Part shown: positions 11,799 to 25,445 of the stretch, piece by piece
How positions within the stretch are numbered: the first letter of the stretch is position 1
Layout: every line of letters begins with the position of its first letter
Origin: Octopus sinensis
Taxonomy: Eukaryota
DNA length: 64,000 nt
Assembly (NCBI RefSeq): GCF_006345805.1
Contig: NC_042999.1
Span: 112,406,001-112,470,000 of the forward strand
Direction of reading: 5' to 3'
Notes under the pieces: generated by a model
What the model saw: only the letters and a program-made list of their open reading frames with translations
Database searches by the model: none
Told to the model about the DNA's origin: nothing
Translations under genes and position numbers: made by a program

Positions 11799-12339
11799 GA
11801 TAAAATTATTATTATATTGTAAAATAATAATAATAATAATAATATGAGTGGCTAGCATGCATTAAAAACCGTAGAAATAAAAATTAATATAAAGCTATAA
11901 TTATATATAAAAATATACATAATTGTAACGTCACTGCGTCCTTCTAAGAGTAGCTTCTTCCGGTGTAAAACCTGCTGTTTCACGTGTTTACTGGTCATCT
12001 CGTTTCGGCCTGTTACCATGTGTCAATCACGGGAACTCAGAGAGTGTAAGCTGTGTTGTACAAGCGTTTCTCTCTGTAAACCAATGACGTACAGATACCT
12101 CTTTATAGTGACCTCATTTGTCATTCCATCAACTGCAATTCCTATGGCAATAGAAGAGTGGTGAACTATGCAGACCTAATCAGTTGGGAATCATGCAGAT
12201 CTGTTGCAGGACTGATCAGTCATCTGAGAGATCATGGACAGGAAGTCAGAAGTGTCACTGAGGAAGACGAGGAAGCGCAAAGGCGGCAATCATCTCTAAA
12301 GTAGGAACAATTACTACGTGTGTGTGGTGGGGGGGTCTC

Positions 12340-12760
12340 AAATGTTGCACCTTACTATCATCGATAACCTTTCTTGGCGGCAGTAAATCTTAAACATAGC
12401 TAAGCCCACATCATAAAGACTGGTTCTTCTCTTCAAAGCTAGAAAATTTCTTATCCCTTACAGTTGCTGACACTCAACTAGGCTCAAGTGCGAACCACAC
12501 TGGATAGCTAGTCTCATATCTCGGACGTACATATACATCCAGAGAAGGGCCACTTGTTTGACTGGAGTTAAATCACTAACAGTTACTCACCAGCCTCTAA
12601 CCCACAGGCTTCCATTCTCTTCTGGTCGTTTCTGTCGCTACTTGAAAGGCCACTATTCCTCTAAATACGATAGTTACGTGCCTCCATTAAGCAACCCTAA
12701 GCCGCGCGTCTCTCCTTCCTCATCTTCCTTGTTGCATTCAACCATTCCCCCGGCTCTAAA
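12340..12760 (+). pseudogene. CR1/L2-type LINE ORF2 3' remnant
   Basis: With frameshifts reads QLLTL.*AQVRTTL..SHI...IQRRATCLTGVKSLT..QPLTHR...FCRYLKGHYSS, resembling the CR1-type C-terminal region LYKAQVRP.LEY.SH.W...IQRRA...QPL.HRR...FYRY..G.CS. Confidence 0.6.
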
Positions 12761-12892
12761 CTAACCACTATTCCCAATATTTTTTCCTTAGAACATCACC
12801 CTCCCTCACCCTAGCATCTTCTCTCTGCTTATATCTTTCCAATAAGTGTGGATCTACAATAATCTGTACGGGTATATTTAAATGTATCTATA

Positions 12893-13535
12893 CGAGAGTT
12901 GGCTAAAATGTTCATAGGCTGAGCTGATACTCTCAAAGAATGTGGCCAAATAAGGTTTACTTTTGAACATGGTTCCCTTTGTGATTCACACATTTCTTCA
13001 TTGGTGTTCCAGTGCTTGGATCCCGTACGTGAAGAAGCTTTTAGCCAGTTGATCAAAAAAGTCATCAACAACAGATATGACGTTAACATCACTGCGATAC
13101 TGCTTTCCCAGTCACGTGTTGGAGCCAAATCAGGGGAATAGAGAAGCTAATCAACCAATTCAAAGCAACAGCCACGCACAGAAGCCATTGAAACCATGGA
13201 CTTGTGCGCTGGAGCATTGTCCTCATGAAACAAGATCCCTTTCGTCAGTTATCCAGGGCATTTGGCGTTGATAGCCTTCATAACTGCCTCAGTGAGTTAG
13301 CATTGTTCTCTCCACTGATGGCACCCTTTTAAAGATAGTCAATAAATACAATGCCTTTTGCATCCCAAAACACTGAGGGCATCACCTTCCCTGCAGATGA
13401 AACAACCTTGGCTTTCTTTGGAGCAGGTGAGGTGGGATGTCTCTTAGACTGTCTCTTTGCCTCAGGCTCAAAGTGATGAACCTAATACTCATACTGGCTC
13501 AGGAAACGTCCAAGGAAACCAGATGGATTTGCCTT
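12893..13535 (-). mobile_element. Mariner remnant: catalytic domain plus one TIR, 5' half missing
   Basis: TA|CGAGAGTTGGCTAAAATGTTCATAGGCTGA terminus; reverse strand reads FLSQYEY*VHHFEPEAKRQS, PAPKKAKVVSSAGKVMPSVFWDAKGIVFIDY, KGILFHEDNAPAHKS, YSPDLAP. Confidence 0.88.
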
Positions 13536-13619
13536 AAACAGTGTCAGATCTCTCTTTCTCTCTCTCTCTCTCACTCTTTCTCTCTCACACACACACACAC
13601 AGTCACTCTCTCCCTCTCC

Positions 13620-13652
<33 letters not shown>

Positions 13653-13889
13653 GTAGGCTCAAGGCTACAGACGTGGGCGAGTGCTATTCAGTAGACTATA
13701 TTGACGAGGTATTTTATCTACTCCTGAAGAATGAAAGGCAAATTTGACATCGGCTGGATTCGACCATAAAACATAAATAATCGAAACAAATACCTTAGGT
13801 TTTTGATCCGATTCAGTCAATTCACTGCCACTACACACGCACATACACATACATATAAATACATACATACAAATATGCGTGCATACATC

Positions 13890-14113
13890 GAGCTGCAGAA
13901 ACGTTAGCACGCCGGGCGAAATGCGTAGCCGTATTTCGTCTGCCGTTACGTCCTGAGTTCAAATTCCGCCGAGGTCGACTTTGCCTTTCATCCTTTCGGG
14001 GTCGATTAAATAAGTACCAGTTACCCACTGGGGTCGATGTAATCGACTTAATCCGTTTGTCAGTCCTTGTTTGTCCCCTCTGTGTTTAGCCCCTTGTGGG
14101 TAGTAAAGAAATA
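13890..14113 (+). mobile_element. SINE family A, monomer
   Basis: Head GAGCTGCAGAAACGTTAGCACGCCGGGCG, B box GAGTTCAAATTCC, tail ending GTAGTAAAGAAATA. Confidence 0.9.
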
Positions 14114-14345
14114 ATATATACTTGCAAACATATATATATATATGTATATGTTCTATGTATGCATGTATACCAGCCAGTAGTTATAAAATATAAACATGCA
14201 TCCATATATATCATATATATATATATATATCATATATATAAAACATACACACAGAAGCATATACACATACATATACGCACAAGTATTTATGTGTGTCTCT
14301 GTCTTTCTGTCTGTGTGTGCTACTTATTATATGTATGTTATAGAC

Positions 14346-14388
<43 letters not shown>

Positions 14389-15387
14389 CAAACAAACACA
14401 TGCTACATACATACATACATACATACATACATACATACATACATACATACATACATACATACATGGGCGGCAAGGCAAGCAGGCAGGTAGACGGACAGAC
14501 AGAAAGACAGGTACACATAATACATACGTGTATACATGCATGTATATGCATACACGTGCGTGAGTGTGTGTGCGCGCGCGCGTTGGTGTATTTATACTTA
14601 CATTCATATGCCACATTACAATTGGCAGTTGTTTAGTTGGCAATACCATAGTTTAATTTATGTAAAAGAAACGGAAAGAAAGAAAACATAAAGAAAATGC
14701 AGACAAATTTTAAATAAATAAATTTTGAAAAAATAGCTAAATTAGAAATGCGATTAATTATTGCAATTATAGTTTATAATCTTAGAAGTGTTACAAACAT
14801 AGCTAATGGTAAAAAAGTGCATTTAAGGCGTTAGCCTCAGATACAAGGTTTTCTCTGTTCATTGTGACTGCGCGCTACACAGAACTTAAAATATAGGAAA
14901 AAAAGGCATATATATATATATAAGTGAATACATATTTATAGAATACAGAAACACGGCCACTGTACAAATACATATATACATGCTCCGCAATCAGACATGC
15001 AGACTCGTGCGTTTGTGAAACACATCACACATAGATGCAGTTCTATTGCTGAAGGACATGTCTTCGAAATTTTAGTTGACATTGTACTGTGAACGCTGTC
15101 GTGTCCAGCCCACTCTTTTACTCCGTCCAGCCCTTTGGCACATGTTTTATTTTTTGTTTGTTTTTTAGTTTTTTTTTTTTTTTGTTTTTTCAAGATGAAA
15201 AAGAATTAAAACAAGCGATATCGAAGCACAAAAAGATAATTGCAAGTAAGTGTGATTAAACAAGTCTTCGTAATTTCAAATGAGTAAATAGAACTGAAAT
15301 ATATTATGTCGTCACTGTAATATTGATACATAAATATCCGCGCGCGCGTAAACACACACAACGCATGCATACGAATATATGTGTGTG

Positions 15388-15430
<43 letters not shown>

Positions 15431-15506
15431 ATGCATATATATATATATCATGTATGCATATATATATACACATACATATATAATACATATATATGTATGT
15501 ATATAT

Positions 15507-15582
<76 letters not shown>

Positions 15583-15650
15583 CATATCAAAATTATATAA
15601 TATATATATATATATAAAAAGTGAAGTTGTAAGATACCGCACGAGTGGAA

Positions 15651-15852
15651 ATATATATGAACGAAGGTTTGAAAATGCAATTTTAAAGATATCTATTCAC
15701 TTGACTAGTTTCTGGGTCTTTGCTCGTCATCAGTCTGGAGTAGGATGGCCTCCACTAGCAGGCCATGCTACTCCAGACTGATGACGAGCAAAGACTCAGA
15801 AACTAGTCAAGTGAATAAACATCTTTAAAATTTCATTTTCAAACCTTCTTTC

Positions 15853-15860
<8 letters not shown>
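15651..15860. repeat. About 210-bp near-perfect palindrome (arms 15651-15751 / 15760-15860, 8-nt loop) of PLE-like terminal sequence
   Basis: Arms are reverse complements with roughly 7 mismatches; each carries CTGATGA...GAAACTAGTC. Confidence 0.9.
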
Positions 15861-15922
<62 letters not shown>

Positions 15923-15926
<4 letters not shown>

Positions 15927-16006
15927 CGTAGGCGTTGCTGTCTGGTAAGAAGCTTGCTACACAACCACATGATTCTGGCTTCAGTCCTACTGCTGCGTGG
16001 CACCTT
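15923..16006 (+). mobile_element. SINE family B head fragment
   Basis: ATAGGCGTAGGCGTTGCTGTCTGGTAAGAAGCTTGCT...GGCTTCAGTCC...GTGGCACCTT. Confidence 0.75.
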
Positions 16007-16377
16007 CCTTCAAAGCATTTTTTTCCTGTGATCTAACGATTCTACCAGCTCACCGCCTGCAATAAATGCCAAAGATTATATAAATGACCGCAAAAGATGT
16101 CTCTTTCATTTTTGTGGAAAATCAGCTGGTACATACATGTTACATGTACCCTACAATAATTATGAGGTCTTGATATTTAGCAATTTATACACTAGTATAA
16201 GTACCAAATATGATCCCTGTTAAACACACATATATACGTATATATATATATGTCTGTGGGTATTTGTATATGTATTCGTGTGTGTACATACATACATACA
16301 TACATACATACATACATACATACATACATACATACATACATACATACATACATACATGCATGCATACATACATACAT

Positions 16378-16655
16378 GAGGTGGGGAGTTCAATTCACCG
16401 AGCTATGTCTTTTGTTCTTGAGCAAGACACTATTTCACGTCGCTCCAATTCATTCAGCTGCAGAAGTGGGTTGCGAATTCACTGGTGCCAAGCTGTATCG
16501 ACCTTTGCCTTTATCCCATGGATAACATGAGTGACATGGAAAGTGGGGTCTGGTATTCATGGGTGACTGCTGGTCGTCCATAAACAACTTTGCACGGACT
16601 TGTGCCTGGGAGAGAGACTTTCTAGGTGCAATCCCATAGTCATTCATGACGGAAG
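16378..16655 (+). mobile_element. SINE family C variant (B box, CORE-like segment, alternative tail)
   Basis: GGAGTTCAATTCACC, TTCTTGAGCAAGACACTATTTCACGTCGCTCC, CAGCTGCAGAAGTGGGTTGCG. Confidence 0.65.
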
Positions 16656-16771
16656 AGAGTTCCATGCTGTTGTGCTTCTACCTACCACCCGAGAATCAAA
16701 AGCATGAAACTCGGAGTTGCAAGTTTATCAAGTTTCAGTTTTATATATATATATATATATATAATATATAC

Positions 16772-16835
<64 letters not shown>

Positions 16836-16877
16836 TCATATATACATAGACACATGTTCATATGTATATATGTACAC

Positions 16878-16957
<80 letters not shown>

Positions 16958-18050
16958 CTAAGTATGCATGTATGTCTCTCTGTACATATGTATATGCACA
17001 TATACATATTCATATATATGTCTACATGTATGTATATGTGTATATGTATATATATATATATATAACATATTATATATGTGCGTGTATGTGTGTGTGTATA
17101 TGTCTGTGTTATCAGATGAATATTCACCTCAGATACCATACACACACACACACACACAATCAGCTTCTCAGCTTCTATGAATGAATGCATCTGAACGGAT
17201 CTGACTGAATCGGAAATATATTTTTCATTTTGATACGAATATGTTTTGTTTTTTTTTTCTTTATTCATATTCATTACATTGTTACAACTGTTATTGTTGC
17301 AATTATTGCAGTTGCTGTTGCTGCTGCCGCCACACATCATAAAGCATTCATTCATCTAAAAACAACCCCTTAAACACACACACCAAAAAAAAGTCCTCAA
17401 CATACTGATCTTTTTAAAAGGATACCTCTAACGATAATCTTCACGGCTGTTTATTTGCTTGTGTGGCTGTTGTTGTTTTTTTTTATTTTTTCTATATAGT
17501 TTTATTTTTTTTACTGCTTTATTTACCAATTTTCTTTTCATTTCCTCTTTATTAAGGATTTTTCGTTTTTTTTTTATATATATTTTTATTAGTTATTTCT
17601 GTTTTCTTTTATTCGTCTTTATTCCTTTATTTCTTCTTATTCTTATTCTAATTCCTTTTCTAATAGATCCAACCCTTTCGGCAAAAAAACTCTCATTGTG
17701 AAACAAAAGAAAAAGAAAGATAAAAGAAAGAGGGGGAAAGCAGAACAAAAGCAAAAAACAATAAAGAAAAGAGACGTATGAAACAAAAACTACAAATCGA
17801 AATCAAAATTTTTCCCCTCTTGACCAGCTTCCTCTCTATAACGGAAATGCACAAGGCTACCTTCCTGTATCTTCCATCCTGTATTCACTTTAAGTATGTT
17901 AATTGATATACATGTGTTGGCTGTAAGGTATTTTAACCGAACTGCTGCGAATAAGCTAAACGTAATGAATAGTCCTGAAGTAGAATTTTTCATATATATA
18001 TATATATATATAATATATATATATATATACATACATATATATAATATATA

Positions 18051-18095
<45 letters not shown>

Positions 18096-18108
18096 CATAT
18101 ATATATAT

Positions 18109-18139
<31 letters not shown>

Positions 18140-18144
18140 CATAT

Positions 18145-18225
<81 letters not shown>

Positions 18226-18619
18226 TACATACATATATATATATGTATGTATGTATGTATATATATATACACATGCATACATATATACTTCCCTTTCGTC
18301 ATTTCTAACTTTCTTTTTTGTTATTTTTCTGGGTTTTTTTCCTGTAATACTTATTTGCCTATACTTTTCCCGTGTTTTGTCTTTTTATTTTTCATTGAGG
18401 TTTGCTATCTTTTTTTTACATTTTTTTTTTTGGGGGGGGGGGGGGGGGGGTTTTTTGCTTGTTTTTGTTTTTTTTTTGTCGCTTCACTCACCTTGTTCTT
18501 TGTCATTGTGCCAATCGGAATAACTAAATGACTTGAAACACTCAGTTTTATCGCTGAAACTAAAGTTTGAACCAGCTAGGAAGCTGATAAGTTATCTACC
18601 TTATTATAAAGAAAGGTCA

Positions 18620-18770
<151 letters not shown>

Positions 18771-19169
18771 TACAACAATAATACTGAAAAGGTTAACAAT
18801 AAAATAAATATATAAATTACAGACAATTTTACTTAGAGTCCCTGGGTTTTATGGCACTCTAACAGTTGGAATGATGGAAATAATACGAAAACAAGACAAA
18901 AATTAAAAGCAATATGTGTTAAGCTAATAAGAGAAAAACTACCAGATCAATTTTCTCTTTTCCTGATACGTGTGTGTGTGTGTGTGCGCGCGCGCGTGTG
19001 TGTCTGTGTGTACACACTGCAGTATTGTATTATTTATTTTGTTATTTATAATTTTAGTATGTTTCTGATATGTTTTTCCATAGTTACATAAATTCCGATA
19101 ATTGCATGAACTATTTGGAACAAATGCTTTTCCATAAAGATGTCTTTCCTCGTATGAACCTCTACAATT

Positions 19170-19365
19170 AGAATAAGCCAATGATGGAGACTAGATATAA
19201 CAATCAAGTCTTCCTGAAATCACACCCTACCGTCCTTAAAAACGGCAAGACATTTAAAAATGTTGTCACAGATACCCAAACTGGCAAAACGGTCGTGGAG
19301 GGAGTGCCTTCGGTCAAAGACAGCTTGAACATGGCAGCCCTAGAGCTAATCAGCAACTACTACTA
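19170..19365 (+). mobile_element. Repeat family D copy
   Basis: AAATCACACCCTACCGTCCTTAAAAA ... GGAGTGCCTTCGGTCAAAG ... CCCTAGAGCTAA is the reverse complement of the family D consensus seen at 6690-6870. Confidence 0.55.
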
Positions 19366-20744
19366 GAATGTGAAGTGAAAGTGGTAGTATAGCTTACCTT
19401 TTTTTAGTGGTTATTACCTGCTGAGACTTGTTACTCCGGAAGCATAAGAAAAGCTATCTTTAAAGCGCAGATGGATGCTACGAATTACTACTTCCGGTTC
19501 AGATACTTCTTAATAAACCTTCGTTGAAGGCTGACAGTCAGCCACTTGTGATAAATAAGGGTGTACACTCTTTGTGCTTTGTATACTGAAGTTGAACGTT
19601 TTAGCCAGATAAAACGAATGATTCTCGGCTATTGTACCTCGTTACGACATTATCAAAGATTAATACGTTTAACTTAAAGATCAAACGTAGGAGCTGTTGC
19701 TAAAGTGAATCATTTAACCACTTATATCCTTACATCGTTATGTAGTCATTTTTATAACAAATGTATTATGTCATATGAAAATGATTGCAAACCTCTTTAC
19801 CCTGGCGTTTAAACTTTTTTAATACTCCTGATATTAGAATGTCAGCTACAGGTATATATGTATTTTAGGTTCCATAAATGCTTTTAGATAAACGTTTTTT
19901 ATAATAGAATTTGCTGGAATGTTTTTGTTGATTTAAATAATAGGATTTGCAGGAATCTAAGTACATCATATGTCACTTAAAATCTGCGGCGTATCATGCA
20001 TATCATGCATATCACAGGTTCACCATCACTGTCATATAACGTATCATTTACTAGAAATAGCAGGCAAAATTCCATCAAATTACACCCTACTGTCTTGAAA
20101 AAAAAAAGAGAGAACGAACACATTGGTAAGTCCTAGAATGCGTAAAACGGAGATATGCAAATAGTTCGACAGTATGATTAATGATATGCTGTGATGAAAA
20201 AGAGAAGTGTGCAGTTGTAGAACAATCGTTTCGACGGATTCTATACTGCTTTTCTAAACAAAAATATAGGATGATCTTGAATTTTATGAACCTAAGCATG
20301 CTCAATCAAGGTTCACGTAGAACTAAACAACAGCAACAAAAACAACTTTCGAACAAGATGAATTTGGCTATTGAAAGCAAAGTAACTTTGCCACAGACAC
20401 ATTACAACATTGGTGATAGAATACGAATAATCAAATCCTTGCTTGTTTATTCATATAAAATCTGCTATAAACTCGTTATACATTCTCTAAAATTAAGCAT
20501 TTTGTGTTCTTAATTAAAGCCTACTGATAAACTTAACTTTTTATAAAAGGTCTAACAATTATATTGATGCTTAACATGGGCACAAGACCCGAAATTTGGG
20601 TAATGGGTACAGGTTTTCATATCAACGCCATGTGTTGGTTGGAACTATTTTATCGCCCACACATGAAGGAAAGCAAAGCAAAGTCAAATTTGACGAGACT
20701 TGAAAATGTAAATACGTGATGCATATCCGACGTTTGAGCATAAA

Positions 20745-21639
20745 AAAAAACAATTTTGAACAGTTCACAAATTTTATTTAATCGCCTTCAAAATATTCTC
20801 TTTAGGAGTTCATACACTTTTCCCAGCGGTTTTCCCATTGCTGGTAATATCTCTGGAACACTTTCTCTGGAATGCTATGGAGCTCCGCTGCCGCTTTTCT
20901 CATAATTTCCTCTCGCAACTTTAATCGCATCCCTTTCAGCGTGGTTTTCAATTTGGGAAAGTCACACAGTGCCAAGCCAGAAGATTAGGAAGCCTGTCGA
21001 ACAAGTGGTGTGTTGTTCTTGACCAGGAAATTTGTATTACAGGATGCATTAAAAAAGCATCCGACTTCATCTTTTTTTTCCAGCAACACTCTCCGCACGC
21101 ACAAATCCTACGTTAAAATGGAATGCATTGATTCTGTGCTTATTCTCACTTCATGACTAATTTTCTGGATTGTTACATGACGGTCTTTTATGACTATTCA
21201 CAGAACCTTCTCAATCGCCTCCTTGTTTCGGCTTGGGGATGGCCTGCCTGAGGGTACTTCGCTCTCCACTGAGGTGCAACTATGTTTGAAGCGCTTTTAC
21301 CACTCTTTGATCTGTGCTTTGCCCATGGCGTTATCGTTAAAGGCCTACTGAATCTTCTGGATAGTTTGGGCTTGAGTTTTACCAAGCTTTGGGCCAAACT
21401 TGATGCAATATCTCTGTTCGATGCGTTCTGTAATCTTGCGTGAAAACGAAAATCCGACTAGCGCGCAATACACGTCTGTACTCAAGGCGTAACAGCCGGG
21501 AATTGACAGGCCTACCGGAGTGAAAATTTTCAGACATACACTGTAAAGATAACATCACCTCCCACCCAAAAGATTTTGCCCACGCAACATAAGTTTTGGC
21601 GGAAGAAATAAAGTCGGTTACTTTTTTGAACGCACCTCG
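20745..21639 (-). mobile_element. Mariner remnant similar to 737-1593, rearranged
   Basis: TIR CGAGGTGCGTTCAAAAAAGTAACCGAC ending at 21639 with flanking TA; reverse strand ITERIEQRYCIKFGPKLGK..KRFKHSCTSVESEVPSGRPS; C-terminal RWEKCMNS*REYFEGD* near 20775-20830; second TIR-like motif at 21040-21065. Confidence 0.88.
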
Positions 21640-23036
21640 TATGGCTAGGTGGTTTTTTCAAAACGCTATCACTTTTACCAATCTGCATCGAATTACATTT
21701 TTAAAAGAATGAGTTTTGTGCTTAAAGCAAAATTAAAACTTCTCTATTATCAACAGCGGATCCTGGTAAAACAAAATAATTTCTAACATTGGCGTTATTC
21801 CAGAAGCAATCGATGTGATATTCACGGTTGGAACGTCTTTTGATTATATATCTACTTGATCTGGTCTGACCTCGAGCAACACAACAAAAGCAACAACTAC
21901 ACAACTTTGTCTTTTGCACTAACTCCCACATCATCCTTTATCTATCTTTTATTTCTACTGTGTGCATGTGTGTGCTTTCATCTATCTTTACGTGTCAAAT
22001 GGTAAATGGGTAATGGTTCTGTTTTTGTTTTGTTTTTGTTTTGTTTTTTTCTCACTGCAATAGCTTTTCGACCGGTTGGTTAACCTAATCCATCACCTCG
22101 TTTAACACCACAACTTAACACATTGGTAATCTACTTTTAGTGAAGTCCACTTTGTTGTAACTACTTAGACCTGGACTCCAGCCAGCAGATAACTCGATAC
22201 CTTCATACCATACAAATTACCTCAGCAACTCTTGAGTTTTGGATTCTTCTTTCTTTCCGTACGCCATTCATGGAAGTTCTGCTAAAATTCATAGAGACCG
22301 TTCTTCTAAGCAATAAAAAAAAATTTAACTAAGACTTAAAAGTGTAACTTGTTTGTCAGTCAGGCAGACTGAGAAGAGCAGTGGAATATCTTTAAAAATG
22401 AACGAAAACAAAAAGAAAATATGATGAAAAATAAAATTTCTAAGAATCATTTAACCCCTTGTTTTAAAATTACATAAGTCAATAGAAATTGAATCTGATT
22501 ACTAATTGTGATTTGCAGTTTTGTTTATTGTGTTTCTTTTTTATATTTTATATATTCTTTTTCTCTTTATTTTTCTCTCTGTAATTAACTGGAATTTGCC
22601 AGAAGAATTAGAAGAAATACACAGAAAAGAATCATTCACTTTTGAGTTATATTAATCTTTGAATTACTTTAGTCTTTTAACTTTGTAAGGAGAACGACAT
22701 TAACAACTGACAATATTATATCTTAATCTGTTTAAAATGTTTGTTCGATGCCATGTCTTCAGCTCAGCGCCAATAACTGCTACGCCATTATGGTTGTATA
22801 ATAAAAACTGCAGCTCTTTACTTTCACACTAATCTCATATACATACATGCATACATACATACATACATGCATGTCTGTACATATGTATGAATGTTTGTAT
22901 GTCTGTCTGTATGTATGTATGTATGTATGTATGTATGTATGTATGTATGTATGTATGTATGTATGTATGTATGTATGCGTGTATATATATATATATATAT
23001 ATTATATTATATATATATATATAATTATATATATAT

Positions 23037-23068
<32 letters not shown>

Positions 23069-23908
23069 GATGCATATGTATATTATATATTATAGGCGTG
23101 TATGCATGTGTGTGTGTGTAGTATAGTGTATTTTTGTTTGTATGTGTGCGTACGCGTATGCGTGAGAGAGAGAGAGAGAGGGAAGTATAAATGATAAAAA
23201 TAAAATGTTAAAGAGGTTACATAAGACGAAGAAGAGGAGGAGGAAGAGGAAGACGACGACGACGATGAAGGAGAAGACTTAATGAAATATTAATTCCATT
23301 ATATTCAAAAATGATGATATTCTCACCAATTTTATTAAGTCTCAACTGTTTAGTTACACAAATTTAATTTACTGATTAATTTTTTCAGTTTTTTTTCCTT
23401 GATTAGTTTTTTCTTTATTTGCTATTCCTTCATTTTTTTCTATATTTTTTTCTATTTCCATAATTGTTTTTATTTTTTACCGTATTGAGTTTTTCTTTCC
23501 TTTTCTTTTCAATACTGTTTTCTTCATTTTGTACAAATTTTAAATCATTGTTGTGCGTTTTTATTAAAATTTTCTTTCTGGATTTGTGTAATTTTCTTGT
23601 TTATTGTTTCAGTTATTTTTCTCACAAATCATTTGTTTTATTGTTGTTGTTGTTAATGATTTTTGTTATTTTTTAATTTGTTAGTTATTTATCAGTTTGA
23701 GGGCAATTGTTCATTAAATCTTGGCTTAAGTGATTACTTTATTAAAGAACCATATAGACGGTAAACTGGAACGAAAGTGAAGAGAGAAAGTACTCTAAAA
23801 GCACTGCTAATGGTAATTTCGACGACAACGATGATGATGATGATGATGAGGAGGAGGAGGAGGATGATGATGAACAAAGACGTTGTTTTGCATGGTAATC
23901 CCATTGGT

Positions 23909-24095
23909 ACTCTTTTACTCTTTTATTTGTTTCAGTCATTTGACTGTGGCCATGCTGGAGCACCGCCTTTAGTCGAGCAAATCGACCCCAGGACTTATTC
24001 TTTGTAGGCCTAGTACTTATTCTATCGGTCTCTTTTGCCGAACCGCTAGGTTACGAGACGTAAACACACCAGCATCGGTTGTCAAACACAGACAC

Positions 24096-24181
<86 letters not shown>

Positions 24182-24394
24182 ATACATATACATATATATA
24201 CATATATATATATATATACACATATATACGTCGGGCTTCTTTCAGTTTCCGTCTACCAAATCCACTCACAGGGCTTTGGTCGGCCCGAGCTATAACAGAA
24301 GACACTTGCCCAAGATGCCACGCAGTGGGACTGAACCCGGAACCATGTGGTTCGTAAGCAAGCTACTTACCACACAGCCACTCCCACGCCTGTA
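23909..24394 (-). mobile_element. SINE family B, full length, internal (TA)n/(CATA)n
   Basis: Both modules, close to consensus. Confidence 0.9.
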
Positions 24395-24972
24395 CTTATT
24401 CTCTACATATACTCTCACATATTTATTAAGCCCGCTTACTCGCATAGCAAACGTAGATGAATCATCCACCAATTTAGACGATGTGTATTTCGGTCGCTCG
24501 TTAAACTGAATTATCATCTTATTGAATTATAGTTTAAGTAGCAGAGTATATCACACACTCTGGTAATCATTGCATAATATCCAAGTAGACTCGGCGTGGC
24601 AATGTGCAAGAGAAGGATACACGAGCATATGCATGAGTGTCTGTATATACATATATTATATATATTATATATATATATATATATATTATATTTTGTTTAT
24701 CCATTACTGTTTTCAATTTCGTTTTCGTCTCTTGTATTTACATCCGTCTCTTGCGTTTACATTCTTGTCTTCTACCAAGAAATCTAATGCTTACAGCTTA
24801 GTTTTTTTCTTGGGGCTGGCCGAGTTGGAGCAAATATCAGAATTGAACAGCCGAAATTTGCTATGATGATTCGGTGTCTGACTGAAGATTGAAGGCTTCG
24901 AATGATTTGTCTGTGTTCCGTGTTCGTCCCTTCCTGTATTTCACGTTCTTTACATATAAAAACATTTATTCT

Positions 24973-25003
<31 letters not shown>

Positions 25004-25007
25004 TATA

Positions 25008-25038
<31 letters not shown>

Positions 25039-25097
25039 TAATTTTCTGTGTATATATATAGATACTTCCAGACAAATATGATTTCTAATGAAACCCT

Positions 25098-25445
25098 AAT
25101 ATGTTTTATGAACTTTTTAATAATTTCTCAAGATTTTTTCTGTAAACTGTTTTTAACATTTTCTTATTATTATCAAAGAATGTATATATGTATTGTAATG
25201 TTTTGTGCCCAATATTTTAATGAACTTTTTAATATTTTCCCAAGATTTTCCTTGTAAACTATTTTTAACATGTTCTTATTATTATCAAAGAATGTATATA
25301 TGTATTGTAATATTTTGTGACAACCAGTACCTAACACAACAAAGCTTTTACATGTTTCTTTTGAGAATCTTTTTCTAAAAAAGTGAAACCGGTCAAGTGA
25401 ATAAACATCTTTTAAAATTGCATTTTCAAACCTTCTTTCATATAT
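25098..25445 (+). mobile_element. PLE-like terminal remnant: ~112-bp tandem duplication (25098-25207, 25211-25319), hammerhead-like motif, shared tail
   Basis: GTCAAGTGAATAAACATCTTTTAAAATTGCATTTTCAAACCTTCTTTCATATA (25392-25445) is nearly identical to 15806-15860. Confidence 0.6.
25358..25397 (+). ncRNA. Hammerhead-like motif, U3-A8 core variant, weak stems
   Basis: CTT-TTGAGAA-T-CTTTTT(CTA)AAAAAG-T-GAAA-CCGG-TC-AAG: stem I 3 bp, stem II 6 bp with a T.T mismatch at its base, palindrome ACCGGT, GUC triplet. Confidence 0.4.

Noticed and set aside
19181-19366. 61-aa ORF MMETRYNNQ... that looked like a host exon
   Set aside because: The DNA matches repeat family D seen several times in the window.
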